The notes under the pieces were generated by a model that was not told the DNA's origin, ran no database searches, and saw nothing but the letters and a program-made list of their open reading frames with translations. A stretch of DNA of 64,000 nucleotides from an uncultured Curvibacter sp. (GTDB taxonomy: Bacteria; Pseudomonadota; Gammaproteobacteria; Burkholderiales; Burkholderiaceae_C). The stretch is taken from assembly GCA_963996595.1 (NCBI GenBank), contig CAXEHU010000097.1, positions 35,593-99,592 of the forward strand. Reading direction: 5' to 3'. Made by a program: the position numbers and the translations under genes. Below, in pieces: positions 30,351 through 39,038 of the stretch (position 1 is the stretch's first letter; each line of letters begins with the position of its first letter).

Positions 30351-30596
30351 TTGATGCTAGAAGCGAGTTGCTTGTGCTCGCTGTTGAGTCACCTCAATAC
30401 TTCTGTATCTGGCCATTAACCTCCAACGGTTCATACGCCTGGAACTAAGGCACATGAACTCAGGCCGCACACTTGCTGAGCACCCAGCCCTAGCAGCAAC
30501 GCCCCGCGCGCACCATCCGTCGGCTTCTGTCAATTTGCTTTTTACAGCCTGCCCCTCTAGCATCGCCCCACCCCACAACAACAACGGAGACAAGGC

Positions 30597-31946
30597 ATGA
30601 CCTTCCCCACCTGGCAGCGCGTGGCGCTGCCCCTGCTGCTGGCCGCCCTGGCCGGCTGCGCCCAGAACCCCGGCACCTCTGCTGCCCCACCCGAAGCCGC
30701 GCCCCAGGCCGCCGCCTGCCCGAAGGGCACACCCGACGGCGCACGCTGCCTGCGCGGCCAGGACTCGGCCAATGCCCATTACCTCATCGTCATACCCGCG
30801 CAGTGGAACAAGATGCTGGTGGTGCACGCCCACGGCGGCCCCACGCTGGGCGAGCCCAAGGCCAGCCGCGCGGACGAGGACATCGAACGCTGGGCCATCA
30901 CGGTACGTGCGGGCTACGCCTGGGCGGGCTCGGTCTTCCGCCAGGGCGGGGTGGCCGTGCGCAGCGCGGCCGAGGACACGGAGCGCGTGCGCCGCATCTT
31001 TGTGCAGCATGTGGGCCAGCCCACACGCACGCTGCTGCACGGCCAGTCCTGGGGCGCCAATGTGGCGGCCAAGGCGGCGGAGATGTACGCCGGCCCGGGC
31101 ATGCGTTCGCCCTATGACGCGGTGCTGCTGAGCAGCGGCGTGGTGGCCGGCGGCACCCGATCCTACGACTTCCGGCTAGATCTGCGCGTCGTCTACCAGT
31201 ACCTGTGCAACAACCACCCGCGTAGCGACGAGCCGCCATACCCGCTGTGGATGGGCCTGCCGGCCGACAGCAAGCTGACGCGCGCCGAGCTCAACGCGCG
31301 GGTGGAAGAGTGCCTGGCCACGCGCAAGCCCGCGGCCCAGCGCACGCCCGAGCAGGCGCGCAAGCTCAAGACCATCGTGGACGTGATCAAGATCCCCGAG
31401 TCTTCGGTGGCCGCGCATCTGGCCTGGGCTACCTGGCACTTCCAGGACATCGCCCAGAACCGCACCCAGGGGCGCAACCCCTTCCGCAACGAGGCCGTGC
31501 GTTACCAGGGCTCGGCGGATGATGCGGCGCTCAACGCCGCCGTGCTGCGCTACCGCGCCGACCCGGCCGCCGTGGCGCGTTTTGCCGACGACACGGACCT
31601 GACGGGCCGCATCGGCGTGCCGGTGCTCACGGTGCACGGCATCCACGACGCCACGGCCTTTGTGGAGCTGGAGAGCGCCCTGCGCCAGACCTTCGAGCGC
31701 GCGGGCAATGGTGCCCGCCTGGTGCAGGTCTACAGCGACCACAGCGAGCACAGCTACCTGAGCGACCCGACCTATGTGGCGCTGTTCGACGCGCTGCTGG
31801 GTTGGGTGGAAAAGGGCGAGAAGCCCACGCCGGCCAGTGTGGCAGCGGGCTGCCAGCGCGCCGAGGCCAGCTTTGGCCCAGGCTGCCGGATCCGCCCGGA
31901 CTACCAGCCCGCGCCGCTGGAGGCGCGGGTGGCGCCGCGGCAGTGA
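30597..31946 (+). CDS. Alpha/beta-fold serine hydrolase lipoprotein (function unknown)
   Basis: Lipobox LAALAGC and nucleophile-elbow-like HGQSWG. 449 aa at native high GC. Confidence 0.65.
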   Translation: MTFPTWQRVALPLLLAALAGCAQNPGTSAAPPEAAPQAAACPKGTPDGARCLRGQDSANAHYLIVIPAQWNKMLVVHAHGGPTLGEPKASRADEDIERWAITVRAGYAWAGSVFRQGGVAVRSAAEDTERVRRIFVQHVGQPTRTLLHGQSWGANVAAKAAEMYAGPGMRSPYDAVLLSSGVVAGGTRSYDFRLDLRVVYQYLCNNHPRSDEPPYPLWMGLPADSKLTRAELNARVEECLATRKPAAQRTPEQARKLKTIVDVIKIPESSVAAHLAWATWHFQDIAQNRTQGRNPFRNEAVRYQGSADDAALNAAVLRYRADPAAVARFADDTDLTGRIGVPVLTVHGIHDATAFVELESALRQTFERAGNGARLVQVYSDHSEHSYLSDPTYVALFDALLGWVEKGEKPTPASVAAGCQRAEASFGPGCRIRPDYQPAPLEARVAPRQ

Positions 31947-32070
31947 GGCCCCCGACACCGGGTAAGCTGGCCCCTATACCCCCGGGCCTTATGGGTTTTC
32001 AGGTAGGTATTAATGCATAGGGGGTAACACCCTAGGTCCATCCGGTGGTTGGGCCTATGCTCGCGCTCCA

Positions 32071-32841
32071 ATGAGCAACATCATTCTGCAGACCCACAAG
32101 CTCACCAAGGAGTTCAAGGGATTCACGGCCGTGAGCCAGGTGGACCTGTCCGTGGTGAGCGGTTCCATCCACGCGCTGATCGGACCCAACGGCGCGGGCA
32201 AGACCACCTGTTTCAACCTGTTGACCAAGTTTCTGGAGCCCACCTCGGGCACCATCCTGTTCAACGGCATCGACATCACGCGCGAACGCCCGGCGCAGAT
32301 CGCACGGCGCGGCATCATCCGCTCCTTCCAGATCTCGGCGGTGTTCCCGCACCTGACGCTGCTGGAAAACGTGCGCATTGCGCTGCAGCGCCAGCTGGGC
32401 ACGGCCTACCACTTCTGGAAGAGCGAGCGCACGCTGGACCAGCTCAACGAGCGCGCCCTGGCCCTGCTGGCCGAGGTGGGCCTGGAGAGCTGGGCGCATG
32501 AGCTGACCGTCAACCTGTCCTACGGCCGCAAGCGCGCGCTGGAGATCGCCACCACGCTGGCCATGGAGCCCGAGCTCATGCTGCTGGACGAGCCCACCCA
32601 GGGCATGGGCCACGAGGACGTGGACCGCGTGACGCAGCTGATCAAGAAGGTGTCGGCCGGCCGCACCATCCTGATGGTGGAACACAACATGGGCGTGGTC
32701 TCGACCATCGCCGACACCATCACGGTGCTGCAGCGCGGCGCGGTGCTGGCCGAAGGCCCCTATGCGGAGGTTTCGCGCAACCCGCAGGTGATGGAGGCCT
32801 ATATGGGCACCACTTCTGGCGAATTGCAAGGCGCGCATTGA
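32071..32841 (+). CDS. Liv-type ABC transporter ATP-binding protein (LivG-like)
   Basis: Walker A GPNGAGKTT, signature LSYGRKR, Walker B LLLDEPTQGM, and C-terminal VMEAYMG. Confidence 0.9.
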   Translation: MSNIILQTHKLTKEFKGFTAVSQVDLSVVSGSIHALIGPNGAGKTTCFNLLTKFLEPTSGTILFNGIDITRERPAQIARRGIIRSFQISAVFPHLTLLENVRIALQRQLGTAYHFWKSERTLDQLNERALALLAEVGLESWAHELTVNLSYGRKRALEIATTLAMEPELMLLDEPTQGMGHEDVDRVTQLIKKVSAGRTILMVEHNMGVVSTIADTITVLQRGAVLAEGPYAEVSRNPQVMEAYMGTTSGELQGAH

Positions 32842-33560
32842 GCATGACAACAAAGACTCCTGCCCTCGAAATCAAGAATCTGCAGGCCTGGTACGGCGAA
32901 TCGCATGTGCTGCACGGCGTGGACATGGTGGTGCACCCGGGCGAGGTGGTGACGCTGCTGGGCCGCAATGGCGCCGGCCGCACCACGACACTGCGCGCCA
33001 TCATGGGCCTGACGGGCACGCGCCAGGGTTCGATCCAGATCAACGGGGTGGAGACCATCAACTCCCCCACGCACCGCATCGCCCACCTGGGCGTGGGCTA
33101 CTGCCCCGAGGAACGCGGCATCTTCTCCAGCCTGTCCTGCGAAGAAAACCTGATGCTGCCGCCGCAGCTCAAGGGCACGGACGGCGGCATGTCGATCGAC
33201 GAGATCTACGCCATGTTCCCCAACCTGGCCGAGCGCCGCCAGAGCCAGGGCACGCGCCTGTCGGGCGGCGAGCAGCAGATGCTGGCCGTGGCGCGCATCC
33301 TGCGCACGGGCGCCAAGCTGCTGCTGCTCGATGAAATCTCCGAGGGCCTGGCGCCGGTGATCGTGCAGGCACTGGCACGCATGATCGTGACGCTGCGCGA
33401 GAAGGGCTACACCATCGTGATGGTGGAGCAGAACTTCCGCTTCGCCGCGCCGCTGGCCGACCGCTTCTACGTCATGGAGCATGGCCGCATCGTGGAGCAG
33501 TTCCCCGCCGCGCAGCTGCAGGCCAAGATGTCCGTGCTCAACGAGCTGCTGGGCGTCTGA
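32838..33560 (+). CDS. Liv-type ABC transporter ATP-binding protein (LivF-like)
   Basis: Walker A GRNGAGRTT, signature LSGGEQQ, Walker B LLLDEISEGL. Overlaps the upstream gene by 4 nt. Confidence 0.9.
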   Translation: MSMTTKTPALEIKNLQAWYGESHVLHGVDMVVHPGEVVTLLGRNGAGRTTTLRAIMGLTGTRQGSIQINGVETINSPTHRIAHLGVGYCPEERGIFSSLSCEENLMLPPQLKGTDGGMSIDEIYAMFPNLAERRQSQGTRLSGGEQQMLAVARILRTGAKLLLLDEISEGLAPVIVQALARMIVTLREKGYTIVMVEQNFRFAAPLADRFYVMEHGRIVEQFPAAQLQAKMSVLNELLGV

Positions 33561-33619
33561 GCCCCCGTTTCACTTCCGGATTTGCTTTCCATCCCCCACC
33601 ACCTCAACAGGAGACAAGC

Positions 33620-34813
33620 ATGAAAAAACAACTGACCGCCATCGCCCTGGCACTGGGCCTCGCCGGCCTGGCCGCCACGGCCCAGGCCCAGGACAAGGTC
33701 CGCATCGGTTTCATCACCGACATGTCCAGCCTCTACTCCGACGTGGACGGCAAGAACGGCGCGCTGGCCATCCAGATGGCCATTGACGACTTCGGCGGCA
33801 AGGTCAACGGCAAGTCCATCGAGCTGCTGTCGGCCGACCACCAGAACAAGGCCGACATCGCCGCCTCCAAGGCCCGCGAGTGGATCGACACCCAGGGCCT
33901 GACCATGCTCTTCGGTGGCACCAACTCCGGCACCGCCCTGGCCATGGCCCAGGTGGCCAACGAGAAGAAGCGCGTCTTCTTCGTCAACGGCGCCGGCGGC
34001 TCCGCGCTGACCAACGCCCAGTGCACGCCCTACACCATCCACTACGCCTACGACACCGTGGCCCTGGCCAAGGGTACGGCCGGCGCCATCGTGGACCAGG
34101 GCGGCAAGAACTGGTATTTCCTGACCGCCGACTACGCTTTCGGCCAGCTGCTGGAGACCGATGCCTCCAACGTGGTGAAGGCCAAGGGCGGCACCGTGGC
34201 CGGCGCCGTGCGCCACCCGCTGAACGCGTCTGACTTCTCGTCCTTCCTGCTGCAGGCCCAGAACTCCAAGGCGCAGATCCTGGGTCTGGCCAACGCCGGC
34301 GGCGACACGATCAACTCGATCAAGGCCGCGCGTGAATTCGGCATCAACAAGAGCATGAAGATGGCCGGTCTGCTGGTGTTCATCAGCGACGTGCACAGCC
34401 TGGGCCTGCGCAACACCGAAGGCCTGCTGCTCACCACGAGCTGGGACTGGAACCTGAACGACGAGTCGCGCGCCTTCGGCAAGAAGTTCTTCGAGAAGAC
34501 CAAGCGCATGCCGACCGACATCCAGGCCGCCAACTACTCGGCCACGATGAACTACCTCAAGGCCCTGCAAGCCACCAAGACGGAAGACGCCGACAAGGTG
34601 ATGGCCTACCTGAAGAGCACCAAGCTCAAGGACTTCTACGCCGAGGGCGTGATCCGTCCGGACGGCCGCTATGTGCACGACATGTACCTGATGCAGGTCA
34701 AGTCGCCCGCCGAGTCCACCCAGCCCTGGGACTACTACAAGGTCGTGAAGAAGCTGCCCGGCGACGAGGTGTTCACCACCAAGGCCGAGAGCAAGTGCGC
34801 CCTCTGGAAGTGA
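33620..34813 (+). CDS. Liv-type ABC transporter periplasmic substrate-binding protein
   Basis: Signal peptide MKKQLTAIALALGLAGLAATAQA followed by a type-I PBP-like sequence. Confidence 0.9.
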   Translation: MKKQLTAIALALGLAGLAATAQAQDKVRIGFITDMSSLYSDVDGKNGALAIQMAIDDFGGKVNGKSIELLSADHQNKADIAASKAREWIDTQGLTMLFGGTNSGTALAMAQVANEKKRVFFVNGAGGSALTNAQCTPYTIHYAYDTVALAKGTAGAIVDQGGKNWYFLTADYAFGQLLETDASNVVKAKGGTVAGAVRHPLNASDFSSFLLQAQNSKAQILGLANAGGDTINSIKAAREFGINKSMKMAGLLVFISDVHSLGLRNTEGLLLTTSWDWNLNDESRAFGKKFFEKTKRMPTDIQAANYSATMNYLKALQATKTEDADKVMAYLKSTKLKDFYAEGVIRPDGRYVHDMYLMQVKSPAESTQPWDYYKVVKKLPGDEVFTTKAESKCALWK

Positions 34814-34823
34814 TCGTCTAAAC

Positions 34824-34860
34824 CAGGGCCTGCCCACGCCGACGGTGTGGGCAGGCCCTG
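34824..34860 (+). other. Strong intercistronic stem-loop after the binding-protein gene
   Basis: CAGGGCCTGCCCAC-N9-GTGGGCAGGCCCTG (14-bp arms) with no T-run, 15 nt before the next start codon. Confidence 0.7.
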
Positions 34861-34875
34861 CAACGTGCTGTACAC

Positions 34876-35760
34876 ATGGAAATCTTTGGTAAATCGCTGC
34901 CGGCCCTGCTGAGCCAGCTCCTGCTGGGGCTGGTCAACGGCTCTTTCTACGCGATCCTGAGCCTGGGCCTGGCCGTGATCTTCGGCCTGCTCAACGTGAT
35001 CAACTTCGCGCACGGGGCGCTGTTCATGCTGGGGGCGGTGTTCACCTGGATGGCCATGAACTACCTGGGCATCGGTTACTGGTGGATGCTGCTGCTGGCA
35101 CCGCTGGCCGTGGGCCTGATCGGCATCGTGATCGAGCGCACCATGCTGCGCTGGATCTATAAGCTGGACCACCTCTACGGCCTGCTGCTCACACTGGGAC
35201 TGACGCTGCTGATCGAAGGCCTGCTGCGCTCGATCTACGGCGTCTCGGGCCTGAACTACGACACGCCCGAGCTGCTCGAGGGCGCGACCAATCTGGGCTT
35301 CATGATGCTGCCCAACTACCGGGTCTGGGTGGTGGTGGCGTCCATCACCGTCTGCCTGGCGACCTGGTTCGTGATCGAGAAGACCCGCCTAGGCGCCTAC
35401 CTGCGCGCTGGCACCGAGAACCCGCGCCTGGTGGAAGCCTTCGGCATCAACGTGCCGCTGATGGTCACGCTGACCTATGGCTTCGGCGTGGCGCTCGCCG
35501 CCTTTGCCGGTGTGCTGGCCGCGCCGGTGATCCAGGTCTCGCCGCTGATGGGACAGAACCTCATCATCGTGGTGTTCGCCGTGGTGGTGATCGGCGGCAT
35601 GGGCTCCATCCTGGGCGCCATCCTCACCGGCCTGGGCCTGGGCATCGTCGAAGGTTTCACCAAAGTGTTTTACCCCGAAGCCTCCTCGACCGTGGTCTTC
35701 GTGATCATGGTCATCGTGCTGCTGACGCGCCCGGCCGGCCTGTTCGGCAAAGAAAAGTAA
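34876..35760 (+). CDS. Liv-type ABC transporter permease (LivH-like)
   Basis: 294 aa, polytopic. LLGLVNGSFYAILSLGLAVIFGLLNVINFAHG. Confidence 0.9.
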   Translation: MEIFGKSLPALLSQLLLGLVNGSFYAILSLGLAVIFGLLNVINFAHGALFMLGAVFTWMAMNYLGIGYWWMLLLAPLAVGLIGIVIERTMLRWIYKLDHLYGLLLTLGLTLLIEGLLRSIYGVSGLNYDTPELLEGATNLGFMMLPNYRVWVVVASITVCLATWFVIEKTRLGAYLRAGTENPRLVEAFGINVPLMVTLTYGFGVALAAFAGVLAAPVIQVSPLMGQNLIIVVFAVVVIGGMGSILGAILTGLGLGIVEGFTKVFYPEASSTVVFVIMVIVLLTRPAGLFGKEK

Positions 35761-35775
35761 GAGGCTCGCACCACC

Positions 35776-36753
35776 ATGAACATCAAGAACATCGGGTACG
35801 GCCTTCTGCTGCTGGGTCTGCTGGTGGCGCCCTTCGCCGGCGCCTACCCCGTCTTCGTCATGAAGCTCATGTGCTTTGCACTGTTCGCTTCGGCCTTCAA
35901 CCTGCTGCTGGGCTACACCGGCCTGCTGTCCTTCGGCCATGCGGCCTTCCTGGGCGGCGCAGCCTATGTGGCGGGCCACGCCATGAAGGTCTGGGGCCTG
36001 ACCCCCGAGATGGGCCTGCTCGCGGGCACGCTGGGCGCGGCGGCCATGGGCTGGGTCTTCGGCGCGCTGGCCATCCGACGCCAGGGCATCTACTTCGCCA
36101 TGATCACGCTGGCGCTGGCGCAGATGGTCTTCTTCATCTGCCTGCAGGCGCCGCAGACCGGCGGCGAGGACGGTCTGCAGGGCGTGCCGCGCGGCAAGCT
36201 CTTCGGCCTGATCGACCTGAGCAGCGACGTGGTGATGTACTACGTGGCGCTGGCCATCGTGGTGGCGGCTTTCCTGCTGATCGTGCGCATCATCCATTCG
36301 CCCTTCGGCCAGGTGCTCAAGGCCATCAAGGAGAACGAGCCGCGCTCGATCTCCCTGGGCTACGACACACAGCGTTTCAAGCTGCTGGCCTTCGTGCTCT
36401 CGGCTGCGCTGGCCGGCCTGGCCGGTTCGCTCAAGACCCTGGTGCTGGGCTTTGCCACGCTGAGCGACGTGCACTGGACGGCCTCGGGCCAGGTGGTGCT
36501 GATGACGCTGGTGGGCGGCATGGGCACGCTCTCGGGCCCCATCCTGGGCTCGGCCCTGGTGATCCTGCTGGAGAACAAGATCGGCGAGATCGGCGGCTGG
36601 TTCGCCAAGCTCAGCGGCGTGGAGTGGTTTGCCTCGCTGGGTGAATCGGTCACCATCGTCACGGGCTTCATCTTCGTGGTCTGCGTGCTGGCCTTCCGCC
36701 GCGGCGTGATGGGCGAGCTGATCGCCTGGCTGGAGCGCCGCAAGAAGGGCTGA
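35776..36753 (+). CDS. Liv-type ABC transporter permease (LivM-like)
   Basis: 325 aa, polytopic. GYTGLLSFGHAAFLGGAAY. Confidence 0.9.
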   Translation: MNIKNIGYGLLLLGLLVAPFAGAYPVFVMKLMCFALFASAFNLLLGYTGLLSFGHAAFLGGAAYVAGHAMKVWGLTPEMGLLAGTLGAAAMGWVFGALAIRRQGIYFAMITLALAQMVFFICLQAPQTGGEDGLQGVPRGKLFGLIDLSSDVVMYYVALAIVVAAFLLIVRIIHSPFGQVLKAIKENEPRSISLGYDTQRFKLLAFVLSAALAGLAGSLKTLVLGFATLSDVHWTASGQVVLMTLVGGMGTLSGPILGSALVILLENKIGEIGGWFAKLSGVEWFASLGESVTIVTGFIFVVCVLAFRRGVMGELIAWLERRKKG

Positions 36754-36771
36754 GCACTGGCTTCGCACTGT

Positions 36772-36800
36772 CAAAAGCCGCCTGCGGGCGGCTTTTGTTT
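36772..36800 (+). terminator. Rho-independent terminator of the second Liv-type operon
   Basis: GCCGCC-tgcg-GGCGGC followed by TTTTGTTTT. Confidence 0.8.
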
Positions 36801-36896
36801 TGGCTTCGGTTTTTGAGCCAGGTCAAGACGGCGGTGGTGGCCGCGCGCACAATGGCCAGCGAGGTCGGCGCCCTGTGCGCCCCGGAAAGGAATGCC

Positions 36897-37382
36897 ATGC
36901 GCCCCACCGCAGCCCCTGCCCGCCTGATCCTGGCCGCCCTTGCCGCCTTGCTGCTGGCCGGCTGCGCCGTGGAATGGGAGAACCCCAAGCCCGCACGCCA
37001 GCTGGCCCGGGAAGAGCAGCCCCCGGGCTCGGCCTATCTGGGCTGGCGTGTCTACCAGGACCGCTGCGTCGCCTGCCACGGCGTGGACGGGCAAGGCACG
37101 GCCAACGCCCCCAACCTGCTGCGGCGTGTGCAGAGCCTGGGACCGCGCGAGTTCGTGAGCCTGGTGCTCTACCGTTACGACACCAATCTGCAGGGTGAGC
37201 CGGCCGCCACACGCGGCAGCCGCGAGGCGCAGGTGGAGACCCTGATGGAACGCCGCGACCAGCCCCTGGCCATGCCCGCCTGGCGCGACGAGCCCCGCGT
37301 GAACGCGCATGTGCTGGATCTGTACGCCTACCTGTCGGAGCGGGCCGAAGGGAAGATGGGGCCGGGCAAGCCGGTGCCCTGA
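36897..37382 (+). CDS. Monohaem c-type cytochrome lipoprotein
   Basis: Lipobox LLLAGC and haem motif CVACHG. Start trimmed to the ATG at 36897, with GGAAAGGAA upstream. Confidence 0.8.
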   Translation: MRPTAAPARLILAALAALLLAGCAVEWENPKPARQLAREEQPPGSAYLGWRVYQDRCVACHGVDGQGTANAPNLLRRVQSLGPREFVSLVLYRYDTNLQGEPAATRGSREAQVETLMERRDQPLAMPAWRDEPRVNAHVLDLYAYLSERAEGKMGPGKPVP

Positions 37383-37405
37383 GCCCGCGCGTTCAGCGCC
37401 CGCGC

Positions 37406-38119
37406 TCAGCGCTCCTTGCCGGGGTCGTCGCGGCGCTCGTACCAGAAGGCCATGCCGGCGCGCTGCTTCACGGCCTGCGGCCCGCGGCGAGCCAGGCTGG
37501 CCAGCAGGCCCAGCGTCTCTCCCAGGCTGTAGGTGCGCAGCTTGCGCGCCGAGGTGATGACCGCTTCTTTCAGCACCACGAAACGCCCCTGGCGCTTGAG
37601 CGCGCGGCTCATGACCAGCTCTTCGGCACCGTAATACTGCTCGTCAAATCCGCCCACCGCGGCAAACGCCGTGCGCGTGCAGAACAGGAAGCAGCCCGCG
37701 GCGTAGCCCGTGACCCGGAACAGGCACACGGCACCGCGCAGCATGAACCGCGCATACGCGGGTGCCGGCTCGTCAAAGCGCATGCCCGCCCCGCCACCCA
37801 CCGCGCCGCCGCGCAGGGCCTGCACGGCCGCGCGCACCACGGCTTCGTTCACCAGCGTGTCGGCATCGACAAAGATCAGCCAGTCACCGCGGGCTACGCG
37901 CGCGCCCGCGTTGCGCGTGGCGGCGATCTGCCGGTTCGCCACGCTGACGACCACGGCACCCTGCTGCTGCGCCAGAGCAGCCGTGTCATCGGTAGAGGCA
38001 TCGTCTGCGACGACGATTTCATACGGCTCGTCTTGGGCCCGGCCTGCGGCGTGCAGGGCGGCCAGCGTGGCCGGCAGGCACTGAGCTTCGTTGTAAGCGG
38101 GGACGATGAAGGAGATCAT
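37406..38119 (-). CDS. Family 2 glycosyltransferase
   Basis: N-terminus MISFIVPAYNE followed by IVVADDASTDDT and FVDADT (DxD), all typical of GT2. Confidence 0.85.
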   Translation of the reverse strand: MISFIVPAYNEAQCLPATLAALHAAGRAQDEPYEIVVADDASTDDTAALAQQQGAVVVSVANRQIAATRNAGARVARGDWLIFVDADTLVNEAVVRAAVQALRGGAVGGGAGMRFDEPAPAYARFMLRGAVCLFRVTGYAAGCFLFCTRTAFAAVGGFDEQYYGAEELVMSRALKRQGRFVVLKEAVITSARKLRTYSLGETLGLLASLARRGPQAVKQRAGMAFWYERRDDPGKER

Positions 38120-38238
38120 GGCTGGCCCGATTGTGGTGCGGACGTCCGACCCCAGCTGGGGTGGCCCACTTTGACCGCCTCACCCGCAGGGTGTTGCCGA
38201 CCTGTGGTGGCGGCGCAGCCAGGATTGTGACGCGAGCC

Positions 38239-38586
38239 TCAGAGTCCGATGGCACGCCCTGCCGGTTTGCCAGAGCGGCCGGACACACTTTTCACCGGGC
38301 CACGCTTGCGGACAAGCTTGACTTCCAGCCGGCACCCCAGCGCCTCCGCATACTTGCTCAAGGTGGCCAGCGAGGGCGAGTGCTTGCCACGCCCCGACTC
38401 CATACGTGCGACGGCAGACTGCGTGGTGCCGATCTTCTCGGCCACTTGGGCCTGGGTCAGACCTTGAGCGGCTCGCACTTTGAGGAACTCGTCCAGGAGC
38501 GTGTACTCGACATCCAGCGCCTCGAACTGCGCCTTGATCTCGGGGCGCGCCAGCGCTTTGGCACGCAGTTGCTTATGCGTCAGCAT
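38239..38586 (-). CDS. XRE-family HTH antitoxin (HigA-like)
   Basis: HTH LTQAQVAEKIGTTQSAVARMESG. Its start overlaps the end of the upstream toxin gene by 14 nt. Confidence 0.8.
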   Translation of the reverse strand: MLTHKQLRAKALARPEIKAQFEALDVEYTLLDEFLKVRAAQGLTQAQVAEKIGTTQSAVARMESGRGKHSPSLATLSKYAEALGCRLEVKLVRKRGPVKSVSGRSGKPAGRAIGL

Positions 38587-38905
38587 CTTTCCACTCCTTC
38601 ATGCGCCTGCGCGCGATCGTCAACTCTTTGGGCGGCGTCTTGTCTGTCTTCTTCACGAACTGGTACAGCATGACGATGCGCTGCTTCACCAGCAGGCAGT
38701 AGAACACTCGCCCGATGCCCTCCTGCGACTTCAAGCGCAACTCGAAAAGCCCGTCGCCCATGGCGCGCGTGTGCGGCATGCCCAGATCCGGGCCGTACTG
38801 CAGCATGCGGTCGGTCAGGTGCAGATACCGCCCCAGCAAGCCGGTAGGCAGTGCGAGCACCGCCTCCTGCAGCTTTTCGTCGTGGTACTTGATCTCCCAA
38901 GCCAT
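38573..38905 (-). CDS. RelE/ParE-superfamily toxin, Gp49/HigB-like
   Basis: 110 aa from the ATG at 38905. GDGLFELRLKSQEGIGRVFYCLLVKQRIVMLYQFVKKTDKTPPKEL matches the Gp49-like (DUF891) pattern. Toxin-first order as in higBA. Confidence 0.8.
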   Translation of the reverse strand: MAWEIKYHDEKLQEAVLALPTGLLGRYLHLTDRMLQYGPDLGMPHTRAMGDGLFELRLKSQEGIGRVFYCLLVKQRIVMLYQFVKKTDKTPPKELTIARRRMKEWKDADA

Positions 38906-38914
38906 CGGGGGAAG

Positions 38915-38932
38915 TATAGCAAATACGCTATA
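38915..38932. promoter_or_regulatory. Candidate autoregulatory operator/promoter of the toxin-antitoxin pair
   Basis: TATAGC-aaatac-GCTATA lies 10-27 nt upstream of the toxin ATG. The minus strand reads ATTGAA-N15-TATACT, ending 6 nt before the ATG, with no obvious RBS, so the mRNA may be leaderless. Confidence 0.45.
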
Positions 38933-39038
38933 TTTCAATCCCTGATCGGCTGGCTGTTGCGGCTGCGAAAGGGCTGGAAGACAGCGCACCGGGTCTGCGC
39001 TTGCAGGGCGCGGCCACGGGAGCCAGAAATCGCAGCAT

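Noticed and set aside
26174-30596. tRNA gene, integrase or recombinase, CRISPR repeats or flanking direct repeats associated with the low-GC islet.
   Set aside because: I found none by reading both flanks (26174-26388 and 30351-30596). There is only a weak hairpin at 30362-30382 after the helicase stop. The islet therefore cannot be called a mobile element or prophage remnant from this window.
26332-32003. Short AAACCCAT(T)A-containing motifs near low-GC segment borders. CCTGCAAACCCATAAG at 26332-26347 matches the reverse complement of 31988-32003 at 15/16 positions. TTTCAACCCATTAC at 26236-26249 resembles the reverse complement of 4511-4525. I considered them as terminal inverted repeats or att-like sites for the islets.
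   Set aside because: With about 2x10^9 inverted position pairs in 64 kb, dozens of 15/16 matches are expected by chance under uniform composition. The core AAACCCAT also occurs inside htpG (24246-24253). The pair brackets a native-looking high-GC gene as well as the islet. I found no target-site duplication and no recombinase gene. This is worth a genome-wide motif count but is not supportable here.
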